Source of the DNA: Sminthopsis crassicaudata
Lineage: Eukaryota
Length of the DNA stretch: 64,000 nt
Assembly (NCBI RefSeq): GCF_048593235.1
Contig: NC_133618.1
Coordinates: forward strand, 253,419,882-253,483,881
Reading direction: 5' to 3'
The notes beneath the pieces were generated by a model that had not been told where the DNA came from, ran no database searches, and saw only the letters and a program-made list of their open reading frames with translations. Numbering within the stretch: the stretch's first letter is position 1; every line of letters starts with the position of its first letter. Positions 50,926 to 61,353 of this stretch are shown piece by piece. The position numbers and the translations under genes were made by a program.

Positions 50926-53279
50926 GTTAGTTGAGAAACATTTTTCTTCTCATTGTAGACTTTTAGGGTTCTTGGTAATAATCTAATCTAACCCCCCTCA
51001 TTTTACATATGAGGAAATTAAAGTTTGGGGATTTGAAGTGAATTGCCCAGAGTAGCACAACAAAGTTAGTATTCAAACAGGTCTCCTGATTTCCAACCCT
51101 TTCTCCTCTGCTATGTTGAATGTCATTTGCTTGCTGCTTATTCTATTTAAATACACGGAGGATTGAAATGCAAAATGGAATTAAACATTTTTAAAAATGT
51201 TAACATACAACTCCTTTGATTTCCTACCTTGGTGATCTGTACTCAAGAACAAGCATCCTGTTAGTTAGCCTACTATTGCAGTTTGACTGAATTGATGGAT
51301 TCTGCGCTTTACTAGCAGTAACAAGCTCCAAACTAATTGAAAGGTTGCTTTGTCATTTGACTTTCATCTTCTCTACTGCATCTCATTTAGAGTTTGCTTT
51401 CTAGAAACTACAAGCAAAGTGCCTTGCACCTAGTAGATATTCAGTCAATACCCAGAGTTATTGTTGAAACTCAGGCTAAGCTGTGACCCAGCCCAATAGG
51501 CACTCAGCCACCTAGACTCCAAAAGCGATTCTTGGTTAGAATTTCCTTGTTCCTGACTTCTGCCAGACATGAAGTGTGTGAAGTTTGCCTTCAAATGCCT
51601 CTGATATTGTCAGATTTTATTGTATTGTGAAAGTGGGAGATGGAGGGGAAGCAAAGAAAATCTGCCCATGTATTTGGGGTAGATTTGGTTCTCTTCGATG
51701 TCCCTATTCTTTCAAAACAACTCCCAAGTGAAAACAGATGACTTATTAGATCAAAGCATTTATTTACTGTTGGGCAATGGAGAAAGTGAAAGCTTTGGTC
51801 TGAAGTGCTCTTACAGATTCATCCCTGTTCTCATGGGATCCTTCCAGCTTTGGAGGGGAATTCACCCCTTTTACAAATTTGAAGTTGGAGGACCAAAGAA
51901 TTTAAATTTTTGATTCTAGTTTATACTGTGAGCTAGCAGCAGAAATAGAACTAAAGCTCTGGAATCCACATTCCTTGGCCTGGAATTCCCTCTACTACAA
52001 TAGGCTATTTACTATTTTTGTGGGGCGGCTTGCTGTGGAAGCAAGCTTTGTGGATCCTAATCTTTTCTCTTTAAATCCTGAGAAATCAAACCTCATCTGC
52101 CTCATAGTAGAAGTCTGCCTTTGCATGCTCAAGAACGACTCTAGGAAAACTGGGACTTTGGTTCTGGAACCCTTCCAGAGCTTCCAATATCACAGATCAC
52201 TCAACAAACATTTGTTAAACACTGTCTGGGAACAGAGTACTCAGCTAGGCACTGAGGGAGATGCAAACATCTTAGATATGAACCTGTCCCCACTTTTATG
52301 GTATCTGTAGTCCAGTAAAAATAGAAACATACAAGCTGGTTGGGAGAGTGCCTTCTATCCACATTGTCTGTCATCTTGCCTCTAATGCTATGGTTCAGAC
52401 CCTCTTTAACTTGCCAAATGTAAGAACCGTGTACATGTCACCTGTTTAAGTGCCATGCATTCAGGGAAAGAACACTGGCCTTAGAACCAGAAGGCCTATA
52501 TTGAAATCACATGTTTTCTTACCATTTTGGGGCTTATGGTATTCACTTTAACTCTGGGTACCCGTTTCCTCCTCTAGGAAATGAAGGGGTTGGACTATAT
52601 GTCCCCTAGCATCCCTTCCAGCTCTGACATTTTATTTCTGTGGTGTTTGTGGGAGAAAGTTTGGGACTAATGCTACTGCTATAAACTATGTTCTCTCAGG
52701 TTTTTGCTTTGTGCTATTACTGTTTCAGGTTATTAGTATAGATTTTAATTCAGGGGTTCTCAAATTTTGCATGTGATGGACTCTTATGGCAATCTGGTAA
52801 AGCTTATGAGCCCCATTTTGGAATGTTTTTAAATAAGCAGAATAAAATATATAATATTCCAATAGAAACTTAAAACCCACAAGTCCCTGGACAATCTGGA
52901 ATCTATAAATAAGCCCTTTAGGGGCTAACATTAAGAACTTTGGATTTAATCCAATAGTATTAAGATAAGGGTCTCCATTGTCAAAGGGATCTCTAATTTT
53001 CCTCCCCACACAGTAGACTTGAAATCCATTTTCCCATCTGATATGACTGCTCATTTTCTTGGCTCTTTGTACTCTTAAACTCTTAAACAGAGGCACGTAC
53101 CTTAAAGTAAACAGGCCGGTTGGATTGTATTCTGGATGCAGCTGGGGAATGAGCAGTACTGTTCAGAGGCCACTGACTAGTGGGCCCGGCTCAGTGACCC
53201 TGCCCTGCGACCCCTTGGGCAGCAATGACAGCAGCACATCTCCTCTCGGGGTTCAGTGACTCTCCGTTCCACTTTGCAG

Positions 53280-53489
53280 GTAGCCCAGGAAGCCGGGCTT
53301 GGCTAGCGTGGCCAGCTTGGCGGCAATCCACAGTGGTAAAAAGTGTGCTGCAGATGGGGTTTGAACAGAACATGGTGGAGAGGTTGGTTCTGAATAAATA
53401 CAGGCTGGCAACCCCAGCCAGCACATCAGTATCTCAGCTAGTCTCTGATCTAATCCAGGAGGAAGAGAGGAGTGCAAGAGAGACCAGAG
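53280..53489 (+). CDS. BIRC7: BIRC7 exon 5, UBA-like domain
   Basis: 210 nt phase 1-1 exon encoding VVKSVLQMGFEQNMVERLV...SVSQLVSDLIQEE, with the MGF and LVxDL motifs of IAP UBA domains. Confidence 0.85.
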
Positions 53490-54196
53490 GTACAAACACT
53501 TCTTCGTTGCCTGTGTTAAGTGGGGAGGGCTTGTTCCAGTCTGCAGACCTGCCTCCCTTCAGAGGCCTTCCCCCAGTCCTCCCAACCTCCTGGATAGACC
53601 CTCTTTGGTCTCTCCTCCCTTGGAACTCTGAATCCCCGATATCTGGGTTATTCCCTTAGGCATTTATCAGCTCCTATCTTTATAATTTTCTTCTACTGTT
53701 ACTTCAATGCTTTGCCTTCCCATGTATATTATAAATTCTCAAAGTCTGGGATTGTCTACTGGAAAAGTCAAGATAATTGCTTAATAGGCCCTCCACTTAA
53801 TAATGTGTATTTTGACTTTAAAAATGGAGAACTTCTCAGTGGCTCAGTATGGATGTCAGAACTCATCTAACTCACCTTGGGTCATTTGAGGTCACTTCTG
53901 CTTGTTGATGGGTAGACTACAATATGGGGACACTTAGTGGTCAGTATATGGAACATGTGCCATCTGGCTTCACTGACTAAAGAAAATTTTTCTTCTCCCC
54001 ACCCCCCAGACCCTACCCTTGTATTATTTTGAGATTGGATGAATAAGTATTTTTTATGGAGAAAATTTTTTCCAATAGAGTTGGAGTGTCTTCTGAAAAA
54101 CTTTATGCCAGTGATCTATGGGTAATCACCAGGGATCTGGTGACATTTTTTCACTGATTAGGGAACATGACAAAATTTATAGTCTGTCTTCCACAG

Positions 54197-54268
54197 CACC
54201 TGCTCCCGTGGCACCTGAGTCAAGCGCACCCAGAAGAGAAGAGCAACTTGAGCAGATCACAGAGGCAG
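54197..54268 (+). CDS. BIRC7: BIRC7 exon 6 (APAPVAPESSAPRREEQLEQITEA)
   Basis: 72 nt, CAG/GTGAGG, phase 1-1; PRRE motif as in human livin exon 5. Confidence 0.85.
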
Positions 54269-54366
54269 GTGAGGGGCTAGGCAAGATCTGTACATGCGCT
54301 CCCTTGAAAGGTAATTTTTACTTTCTGTCACCATCTTGTTTCTAAGCCTTGGAATCTGAACGACTA

Positions 54367-54575
54367 GAGGGCACAGTGAATAGAGTATCAGGCCTGGAGC
54401 CCGGAAGACCCATCTTCCTGAGTTCGAATCTGGCCTCAGACACTTATTAGAGGTGTGATCCTCATCTATAAAATGATCTGGAGAAGGAAATGGCAGACCG
54501 CTCCAGGACCTTCACCAAGAAAACCCCAACCTGGGTCAAGGAGAGTTGGGTACCAATTGAAATCACAGCAACAAC
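54367..54575 (+). mobile_element. MAR1-type CORE-SINE in BIRC7 intron 6
   Basis: tRNA-like head, gatctggagaaggaaatggcag RTE-type tail. Confidence 0.75.
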
Positions 54576-55521
54576 ATCTGAGCAGACCAGTTCAAAGGTT
54601 AGAGCACAGTGCTCTATTCTTACTGGTTATTCTCAAAGAAACTGTTTTCCTTTCCAAAGACTGAGGTTTCTAGTCACTAGGGGAACTGGGCAACAGAGCT
54701 TCAATAGACCTCATACCCACTGCCACAAAAAGAACTTTGAACTTTTTTTAAATTGATAGTGAATCAATAGAGTCCTTGAGCTACCATCTTAAGATGCATT
54801 AATAGGAATGAAATGCTTAGAATGAGGGATGAAAGCTCTCCTTTACCCTGATTGAGACCCTTTAGAATACTGTTTGGTTTAGAGATCCATATATTTAGGA
54901 ATGATATTGATAAAGGTCATATCAAGTTGGAAATGACTTAAAACTATGCCTTATGAGAAGTGAAGGTCAAAAGGACTGGGTAGAACTGGAAAGAACTGGA
55001 ACTTGGGGGGGTGAGCAAAAAGGAAGGGGCTGTGGATAAAAATCTTCAGAGATTCAGAGAGCTGACCTGAAAATGAGTTGGTCATATGCTAAGAATGAGG
55101 GATGATAAGTAGAAAGCCCAAATGTTCCATGGTGTTCTTATAAAGTCAGGAGAAAGAGAGGAAGGCTCCCTTCAGCTTGATCAAACCCTTTATATTAGAC
55201 TTATGGGAGGACATGGACAAAAGCCCCCCCAGAGTGGGGCAGGCATGAATGAGTCCCAAACCAATGACCCCACAGATCCATTTGAACCTTTTGGAAAAGA
55301 GATTGGACCCTTTGTTTTGCATTCCAATCTTTGAGTAGTGGGTGTTGGTTGGAGAGATTCAGGTTAGATGTAAGAAACTTAATGTCTAAAATTGGAATGG
55401 ATTTTCTGAGGAGACAGTGAGTTTCTCAGCACGGGAAATCTTTAAAGGGTACTGAAATGATTACTTGATAGGGCCTCTCTAAAGGGAATTCCTTTTCAAG
55501 TATAGTTAGTTCCAGAGACTT

Positions 55522-55778
55522 CTGCTGCTGCTGTTCAGTTGTTTCAATCATGTCCAACTCTTCATTCTCCCATTTGGGGTTTTGCTTTTTGGCGGGGAGG
55601 GGATGGGGAGGCAAAGATAGTTTGTCATTTCCTCCTCCAGCTCATTTTGTGGATGAGGAGACTGAGGCAAATGGGGATAAGTGACTTGCTTAGAAAGTGT
55701 CTGAGACCAGCTTTGAACTGGGAAGCGAGTCCTCCAGATTTCTAGCCCGGGGCTCCATCCACTGTGGAACCTCGCTGG
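55522..55778 (-). mobile_element. MAR1-type CORE-SINE just upstream of the BIRC7 RING exon
   Basis: gttcagttgtttcaatcatgtccaactc tail and gatgaggagactgaggc core. Confidence 0.75.
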
Positions 55779-55872
55779 TCTGAGGGCCCCCACCCTGAGA
55801 CTTTTCATCTTCCCATGTGCAAAGCAGCCTTCTCCTCCTTTCCTGACCTCTCCTCCTTGCCCTTGCCCACAG

Positions 55873-56066
55873 GACCCCTGAGCACGGAGCAGCAGCTGCA
55901 GCAGCTAAAGGAGGAGCGGACGTGCAAAGTGTGCATGTACCAAGTGGTATCCATTGTCTTCGTCCCCTGCGGCCACCTGGTCTGCTCAGAGTGCGCCCCA
56001 AACCTGCAGCAGTGCCCCATCTGCCGAGCCGCCATCCACGGCAGCGTCAGGACTTTCCTGTCCTAG
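55873..56066 (+). CDS. BIRC7: BIRC7 RING exon with stop (C3HC4 RING, ...VRTFLS*)
   Basis: EERTCKVC...[10 protein letters not shown]...CPICR...RTFLS; the single-residue LVC spacing is livin-type. Summed CDS is 1161 nt and in frame. Confidence 0.96.
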
Positions 56067-56075
56067 CCACGCTCG

Positions 56076-56081
56076 GTGAGT
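56076..56081 (+). other. BIRC7: 5' splice site of a BIRC7 3'UTR intron, 9 nt after the stop codon
   Basis: CG|GTGAGT perfect donor; candidate acceptors at 56557-56558 or 56584-56585. Confidence 0.6.
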
Positions 56082-56928
56082 GAAAAGCTCTCCCACGCTT
56101 GCCCTGCCCAGAGTGGCCTGCCCATCAGCCACGGGAAAACAGGCTCAGAGAGCAGGTTAGGCCAGGGGTCACACGGCTGTTTGACACTTCCGTTTTCCTT
56201 CCCTACTCAAAAAGTGGAACTCAGTCTTAAGGCAGTGCTGAGAGGCAGAAATATAGACCTCCCTGGAGAGGGCAAAAGGGCTTTGCAAAGACAAAAACGT
56301 GTCATATGGAGTTAACCCCTGGTTGAGCGCCAGCTCGGAATCCAGAACCCATCTCCCCAAGTTTCCTCACTGGGGCGTTTCCTCCATCAGTGGAGGCACG
56401 GTCCCTAGCTTCTTTCGTGTAGCTGAGTGAAGGTTTGCTAAGAGTGATGGAAAGGTAGGTTGGTCTGGAGAGATCTCCCACCTGTTCCTGTTCCCTTCTC
56501 CATGGGTACCTCCCTACGATCCAATCTCTGAGTAATTGTGAAAATCAACTCTTCCTAGAGCCTCTCTCCGACTTGGTCCTTCCAGGACCTGCTGAGTTTG
56601 GGACCCTGAAGACTGGGATAATGTGGGACTGGAGATCCTGTCTTCTGAGCAAGCAAGGATCAAGCCTCTTACCCAGATGAGGGAGCTCCTCATGAGGCTC
56701 CCGAGGAGTGTCTGACCTCGTCATGGGAGCCATAGCTGCAACTTCAAGCAAGGTTAGCGTAGTTGGGAAATAATTAGGGGACATCAAAGGGCAGGGGAAA
56801 TAACCAGGATCTAAAGCTATCTATCTAAGAGTCTCCTAGGGCAACATGTTTTTTTGGTTGAGGTATACAAGTGTGCATTTCTGCTTTGCTTTTTCTTTGA
56901 CTCTGTTTGAAGTTCTTTAATTTTTTGC

Positions 56929-56934
56929 AATAAA
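56929..56934 (+). terminator. BIRC7: Probable BIRC7 polyadenylation signal
   Basis: AATAAA after a U-rich stretch, ~350 nt into the presumed terminal non-coding exon. Confidence 0.55.
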
Positions 56935-58766
56935 GTTTCTTCCAGTGTAATCAATGCCATGAGGTTGGCCTTTGAAGGTAGGAGGTATTCAATGACAGCC
57001 TAATCTTTTGTTCATTAACAATAGTTATCATTTATATAGTGTTTACTTTGTAAGTATTGTGCTGAGATTTAGAATTACCTCATTTGATCCTTACAACATC
57101 CCTGGGAGGTAGTTGCTATTATCCCCATTTTACAGATGAGGAAACTGAGGCAGAGATTAAGTGACTTGCCAAGAGTCACACAGCTGTTGAGCATCTGAAA
57201 CCCAGAATTCTATCCACCGTGCCACCTAATTGCTCTTAATCTCTTTCTCTACTAATCTCTTGTCAATGGCACAATATCATCCACCAGGATTGACTGGGAT
57301 GAAATTCTACTAGCAGAAAACCTTGAAACCCTTGAACTTGACTGCCAATCATTGTGCATCTAAGCAGAAGGATAAGTGGATGTCTGATCAATAGCTGCAG
57401 CTGTTAGGAATTCTTAAGGCGTTTGCAGGGAATTTCTTTATGCAATGTATAGTAGAAAGTTGGAAAGGATTTTACAAATCACTGCTTAGTTCAACTGCCT
57501 TATTTTGCTAGGGAGTAGTAGTGACAGAAGAGGTAGTAACTTTCCAAGCTCACGAAGTGTCAATGGCAAATGTTGCACTCAAACTCAGAAATCCTAACAG
57601 CTACCTGCAAAGCAAGAACCTTCTTAAAGAATCTTGATTTCAGTGTTCTTTTTAAAATATGAATATACATCTCAAGGATCTGATTTTTTTGACATGTTAA
57701 ATTTTCTCTAAGCAAAGGCATTGTTTTCTGGGAGGGACCTTACTTTAGGCTGTTAGCCACTTAATCTAATTCAGATTAGTATGTGGGCTGCAGTGGCTGT
57801 CCTGGAATGCAATTTCAGGACCTTCTGAATCCCTGACATCTATTTCCTATTACCTAAAATCTCTTTGGTCAGAGGAACAAGTACATACAGGTCCAAGAGA
57901 GAAGGGCTATAAATGGTCAAGATTAGAATTCTTCCTTGGAAGCAGGAGGGTAGAGGCTAGCACTGAATTCCATGGAGATGCATGGAAAAAGGAAGGAAAA
58001 AAGGGTTAAGAGAGGTAGTACAGAAAGGGGGGAAAAGGGAGTGATGGCCGAGAAAACAGTTCATTCTTTTGCTTGGGACCCTTCAGGCTACTTGTGCTCC
58101 TCTCCTCCACGTGCAGGGGGCAGCATTATTCTGTGATTTTAGAACCTTTGGGTGAGCCAGGCAGATAAACAGATATTGAGCATGAGCCTTTCAGGTCTGA
58201 TAGCAGTCATGTTAATGAAAGGTGGTCAGAAGACCCTGCTAATTTGCTCCTTATCAAAGTTGGCCCATTGAAATGATGAAAACCAACTTTATCTTTGTCC
58301 AGCTTATGATGGTTAATGGAGTGACCTATACATTTGAATATATTAAAAACACCAGCTTGGTTCTTTTGTCAAAATGTATAACCAATTTATAAATTCAGCA
58401 CTATCAAATCTCAGAGTTGAAAAGAACCTCAGTGATCTAATCATGCAATCTTAGATTTAGAAGTGGACATCTAGTTCATTTAGTCCATTTTGCAGATGGG
58501 AAAAATGAAGCCCAGAGAGCTCTTGCTCTAAAGTTGCACAGCAGAGACAGAGTCAAACCTGGGAGAAAGGTCCTTGAATCCCAGCCCACAGCTTTACTGC
58601 TAGATGATTTTGCTTATTAATATGTTTATGAAGTTGATCAGTGAACCACTAGAGAATGTTTGTGTCCAACAGCAGATGTTCCATAACAGAGGTGTCCCCA
58701 GAGACTCAACTTGCTTCCAAATGAATAAAATTGCAATGAATTTAAAAGTGGCCTGTGATTATTGAA

Positions 58767-58772
58767 TTTAAT
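58767..58772 (-). terminator. NKAIN4: Probable NKAIN4 polyadenylation signal ATTAAA
   Basis: ATTAAA on the minus strand ~760 nt after the stop, with U-rich sequence downstream. Confidence 0.4.
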
Positions 58773-59527
58773 GGTTCACGCAATGACGATGGCTCATGAA
58801 GGATATCCCATTAACATGTGTACATACATACATATTTTTATATATATATATACATACATATTCCTCCCCTGTCTCTGCCATCTCTCTCATTAAACTATTT
58901 CCCATAGACAAACTCTTCCACTTTTAGCTCAGAGATCAACGCTCTGAGGTCATGGAACAAAAACAACAAACTCATTACGGACGCCAGGGTACCTGTTGTA
59001 CCTCAAAGCCAAACTAGGCTGGGAGTAGCAGGAGGGATCATTACAGCTTACAAAGTTCACCAGTTTTGCTCCACTGACGCAAAAAAGCATCCCATGTGAC
59101 ATGAGCCTGGGGTGGGAGCAGCTGTGAGTACATACAACATGTGTGATTTTTGTTTTTGTTTTTTTGTTTTTTAAAGAAAATTACAAAAAGAGTAGCCATC
59201 TACAGCTGGGTTGTGACCACGCCTATCTCTGTAGGCCAGGAGGCCCCAGATGGGCAGGAGTTGGGGGGAAGGAGGTGAGGCCTTCCAGGCTTAGTTTTTA
59301 AAACCAGGCCTGAGACAAGGCCGGTTAAAGGCCCAGGATCCTAGGACACTTGGGATGGATATGAAGATCACTGGGATGCTCAGACTCAGAACAGGAATGG
59401 CCCAGCCACGTGTAGTACATTCATTGTGTTAAGGAGTAAGATGGGATGAATTCTTCAGACATGGGTCTCCATGTGATAGGGAGGGACCCTTCTTTACTGA
59501 GTACTGGTACAGGATCCTCTTCTTCAC

Positions 59528-59537
59528 TTACGCAGGC
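59528..59537 (-). CDS. NKAIN4: NKAIN4 last coding exon (L-P-A-stop)
   Basis: CCCTGCAG|G CCT GCG TAA completes YLPA*. Confidence 0.88.
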
Positions 59538-60479
59538 CTGCAGGGACAGTAAGAACAACTGGGATTAGGGAGGTCCAGGTCACAAATGGAAATTTTTTTT
59601 TCAAAGGAAAGTTCTTTACTCAAGTAAAAGAAGATTTAGGGGCAACCAGATTCTCATCTTCAAGTTTCCAAAGGTTTTTTTTTTTTTTTTTTAAGAATTA
59701 TATTGTTCCATGGTGGCAAAAAAGAGAAAATGGGTTTAAAAGGTCCACTGACTCTCTGACTAGAAAGTTAGGAAATCAATCTTTCTTTCCCCCCAAATAA
59801 TAGGTAACTTGTCCTAAGCCCTTTACAATAGTTATCTCACTTGATCCTCATAGTAGTTGATATTGTTATCACAATTTTACAGATGAGGAAACTGGGACAG
59901 AGTGCAATTAAATGACTTGCTTAGGGTCACACAGCTAGCAAGTGTGTAAGACTGGATTTGAATTTGGGTATCTCTCATTCAACTGGGCTGTAGGCAATTA
60001 TTCACCATTTCAGTCACGTCTGACTCTTTGTGACTCCATTTGGGGTTTTCTAGGCAAAGATACTGAAGTGGCGTTTCCTTCTCCAGCTCATTTTATAACA
60101 GTTAAGTGAGTTGTCCAGGGTCTCACAGTTAGTAACTGTCTGAGGTTTGAGCTCATTAAGGTGAGTGGTCCTGATTCCAAGCCCAGTGCTCTTCCCACTG
60201 TGCTACTCAGCTGTCCCATGTGTAATTGTATAGACTCATAGGCTTTAGAGTAGGAAGAGGTTTTGGATATCATTTAATTCAACCCCACCTGTTTTATATA
60301 TATATATATATGGAAATCAAATGAATTTCCCAAAATAATACATAGAGTAAACAGCAAAACTGAGTTTCAAACCCAAGGCCTCTGATTCCAAAATTAATGT
60401 TCTTTCTATTACTTGGGATCCTGGGAGCATGCTATCTGATGAGACATTCCTTCTCAGACATCACTGTCTTTCAGCATTC

Positions 60480-61130
60480 CTGGATAATGAAAGAATGGGC
60501 AACAATACATGATAAAAATAGGAGGTAATCTAAAAATAACTTAAATCTGATTTTAGAGTTTTTTGGACCACATGTCCTAAGTGATGGTACAGAAAGATGG
60601 CATGTGAAGTTTTTTTAATAACAGAAGAAGCCAAGTTGAGATATAAATTTTGTTGCAGAAATTCTACAAAAGTAATTTGATAAATGTTCAATTTTAATTA
60701 AAAGATCTGGGAATGGTCAATTGAATAAGATCCATAAAAGACTTCTTTGGGTACCCTAATCCTATCTTAAAATATCGACTTTTGGAGTCTTGAAGACTTC
60801 AGAAAGAACAAAAAAAACTTATGAAAAAAGATAACTTAGTTTTATAAAGTATGTACTTGTGATATCAATGAGGATATACTTCTCAATTCAAAGGATCATT
60901 CCCTAACATTCTCACTGGAAGAGACACAAGAACTGGATAAGGGGACTGAAAAAAGCAATAGCATGGTAGAAGGATACTGGGCATGAATGTTTGCCTGGAG
61001 AATTGGACTTTATAGACATAGGAAACGCTTTAACTATTAAAAGGGACTCAATTTTGGGGAGAAATAGTATGTATAGAGGACAATGAAAATTGGAATATTT
61101 AATTCACTGCATAGAGACATCTACCAAAAA
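60480..61130 (+). mobile_element. Probable L3/CR1 ORF1 (esterase-like) remnant in NKAIN4 last intron
   Basis: Stop-poor frame with W..W.KDTGHECLPGELDFIDIGNALTIKRDSILGRNSMY, resembling CR1 ORF1 GFxFLDHG...LLARDGVH. Confidence 0.4.
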
Positions 61131-61268
61131 AGAATGCCAGTTCTGTCCCAGGACCTCCATCTGTCAAATCCCAGATAAACAAGCCCCTAGTGGAGAGGCC
61201 CTACTGTGAGGAAACATAAATGGAATGCCAGGACTTGGAGGGTCTCTCCCTCTGGGGCCTATACTTAC

Positions 61269-61353
61269 AGGTATGTCTGCTTGAACAATAGGTTGGAGGG
61301 CTTTTCATTGACATGGTAGAGAGGAAATGGATCAAATCCACCAATGAAATCAA
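61269..61353 (-). CDS. NKAIN4: NKAIN4 penultimate coding exon ([29 protein letters not shown])
   Basis: 85 nt, TTTCTTTCAG acceptor, GTAAGT donor; peptide matches the NKAIN4 C-terminus; expected synteny. Confidence 0.93.

Noticed and set aside
56067-59527. microRNA between BIRC7 and NKAIN4 (human MIR3196 position)
   Set aside because: No recognisable hairpin or mature sequence; no tRNA, rRNA or CRISPR array seen anywhere in the window either
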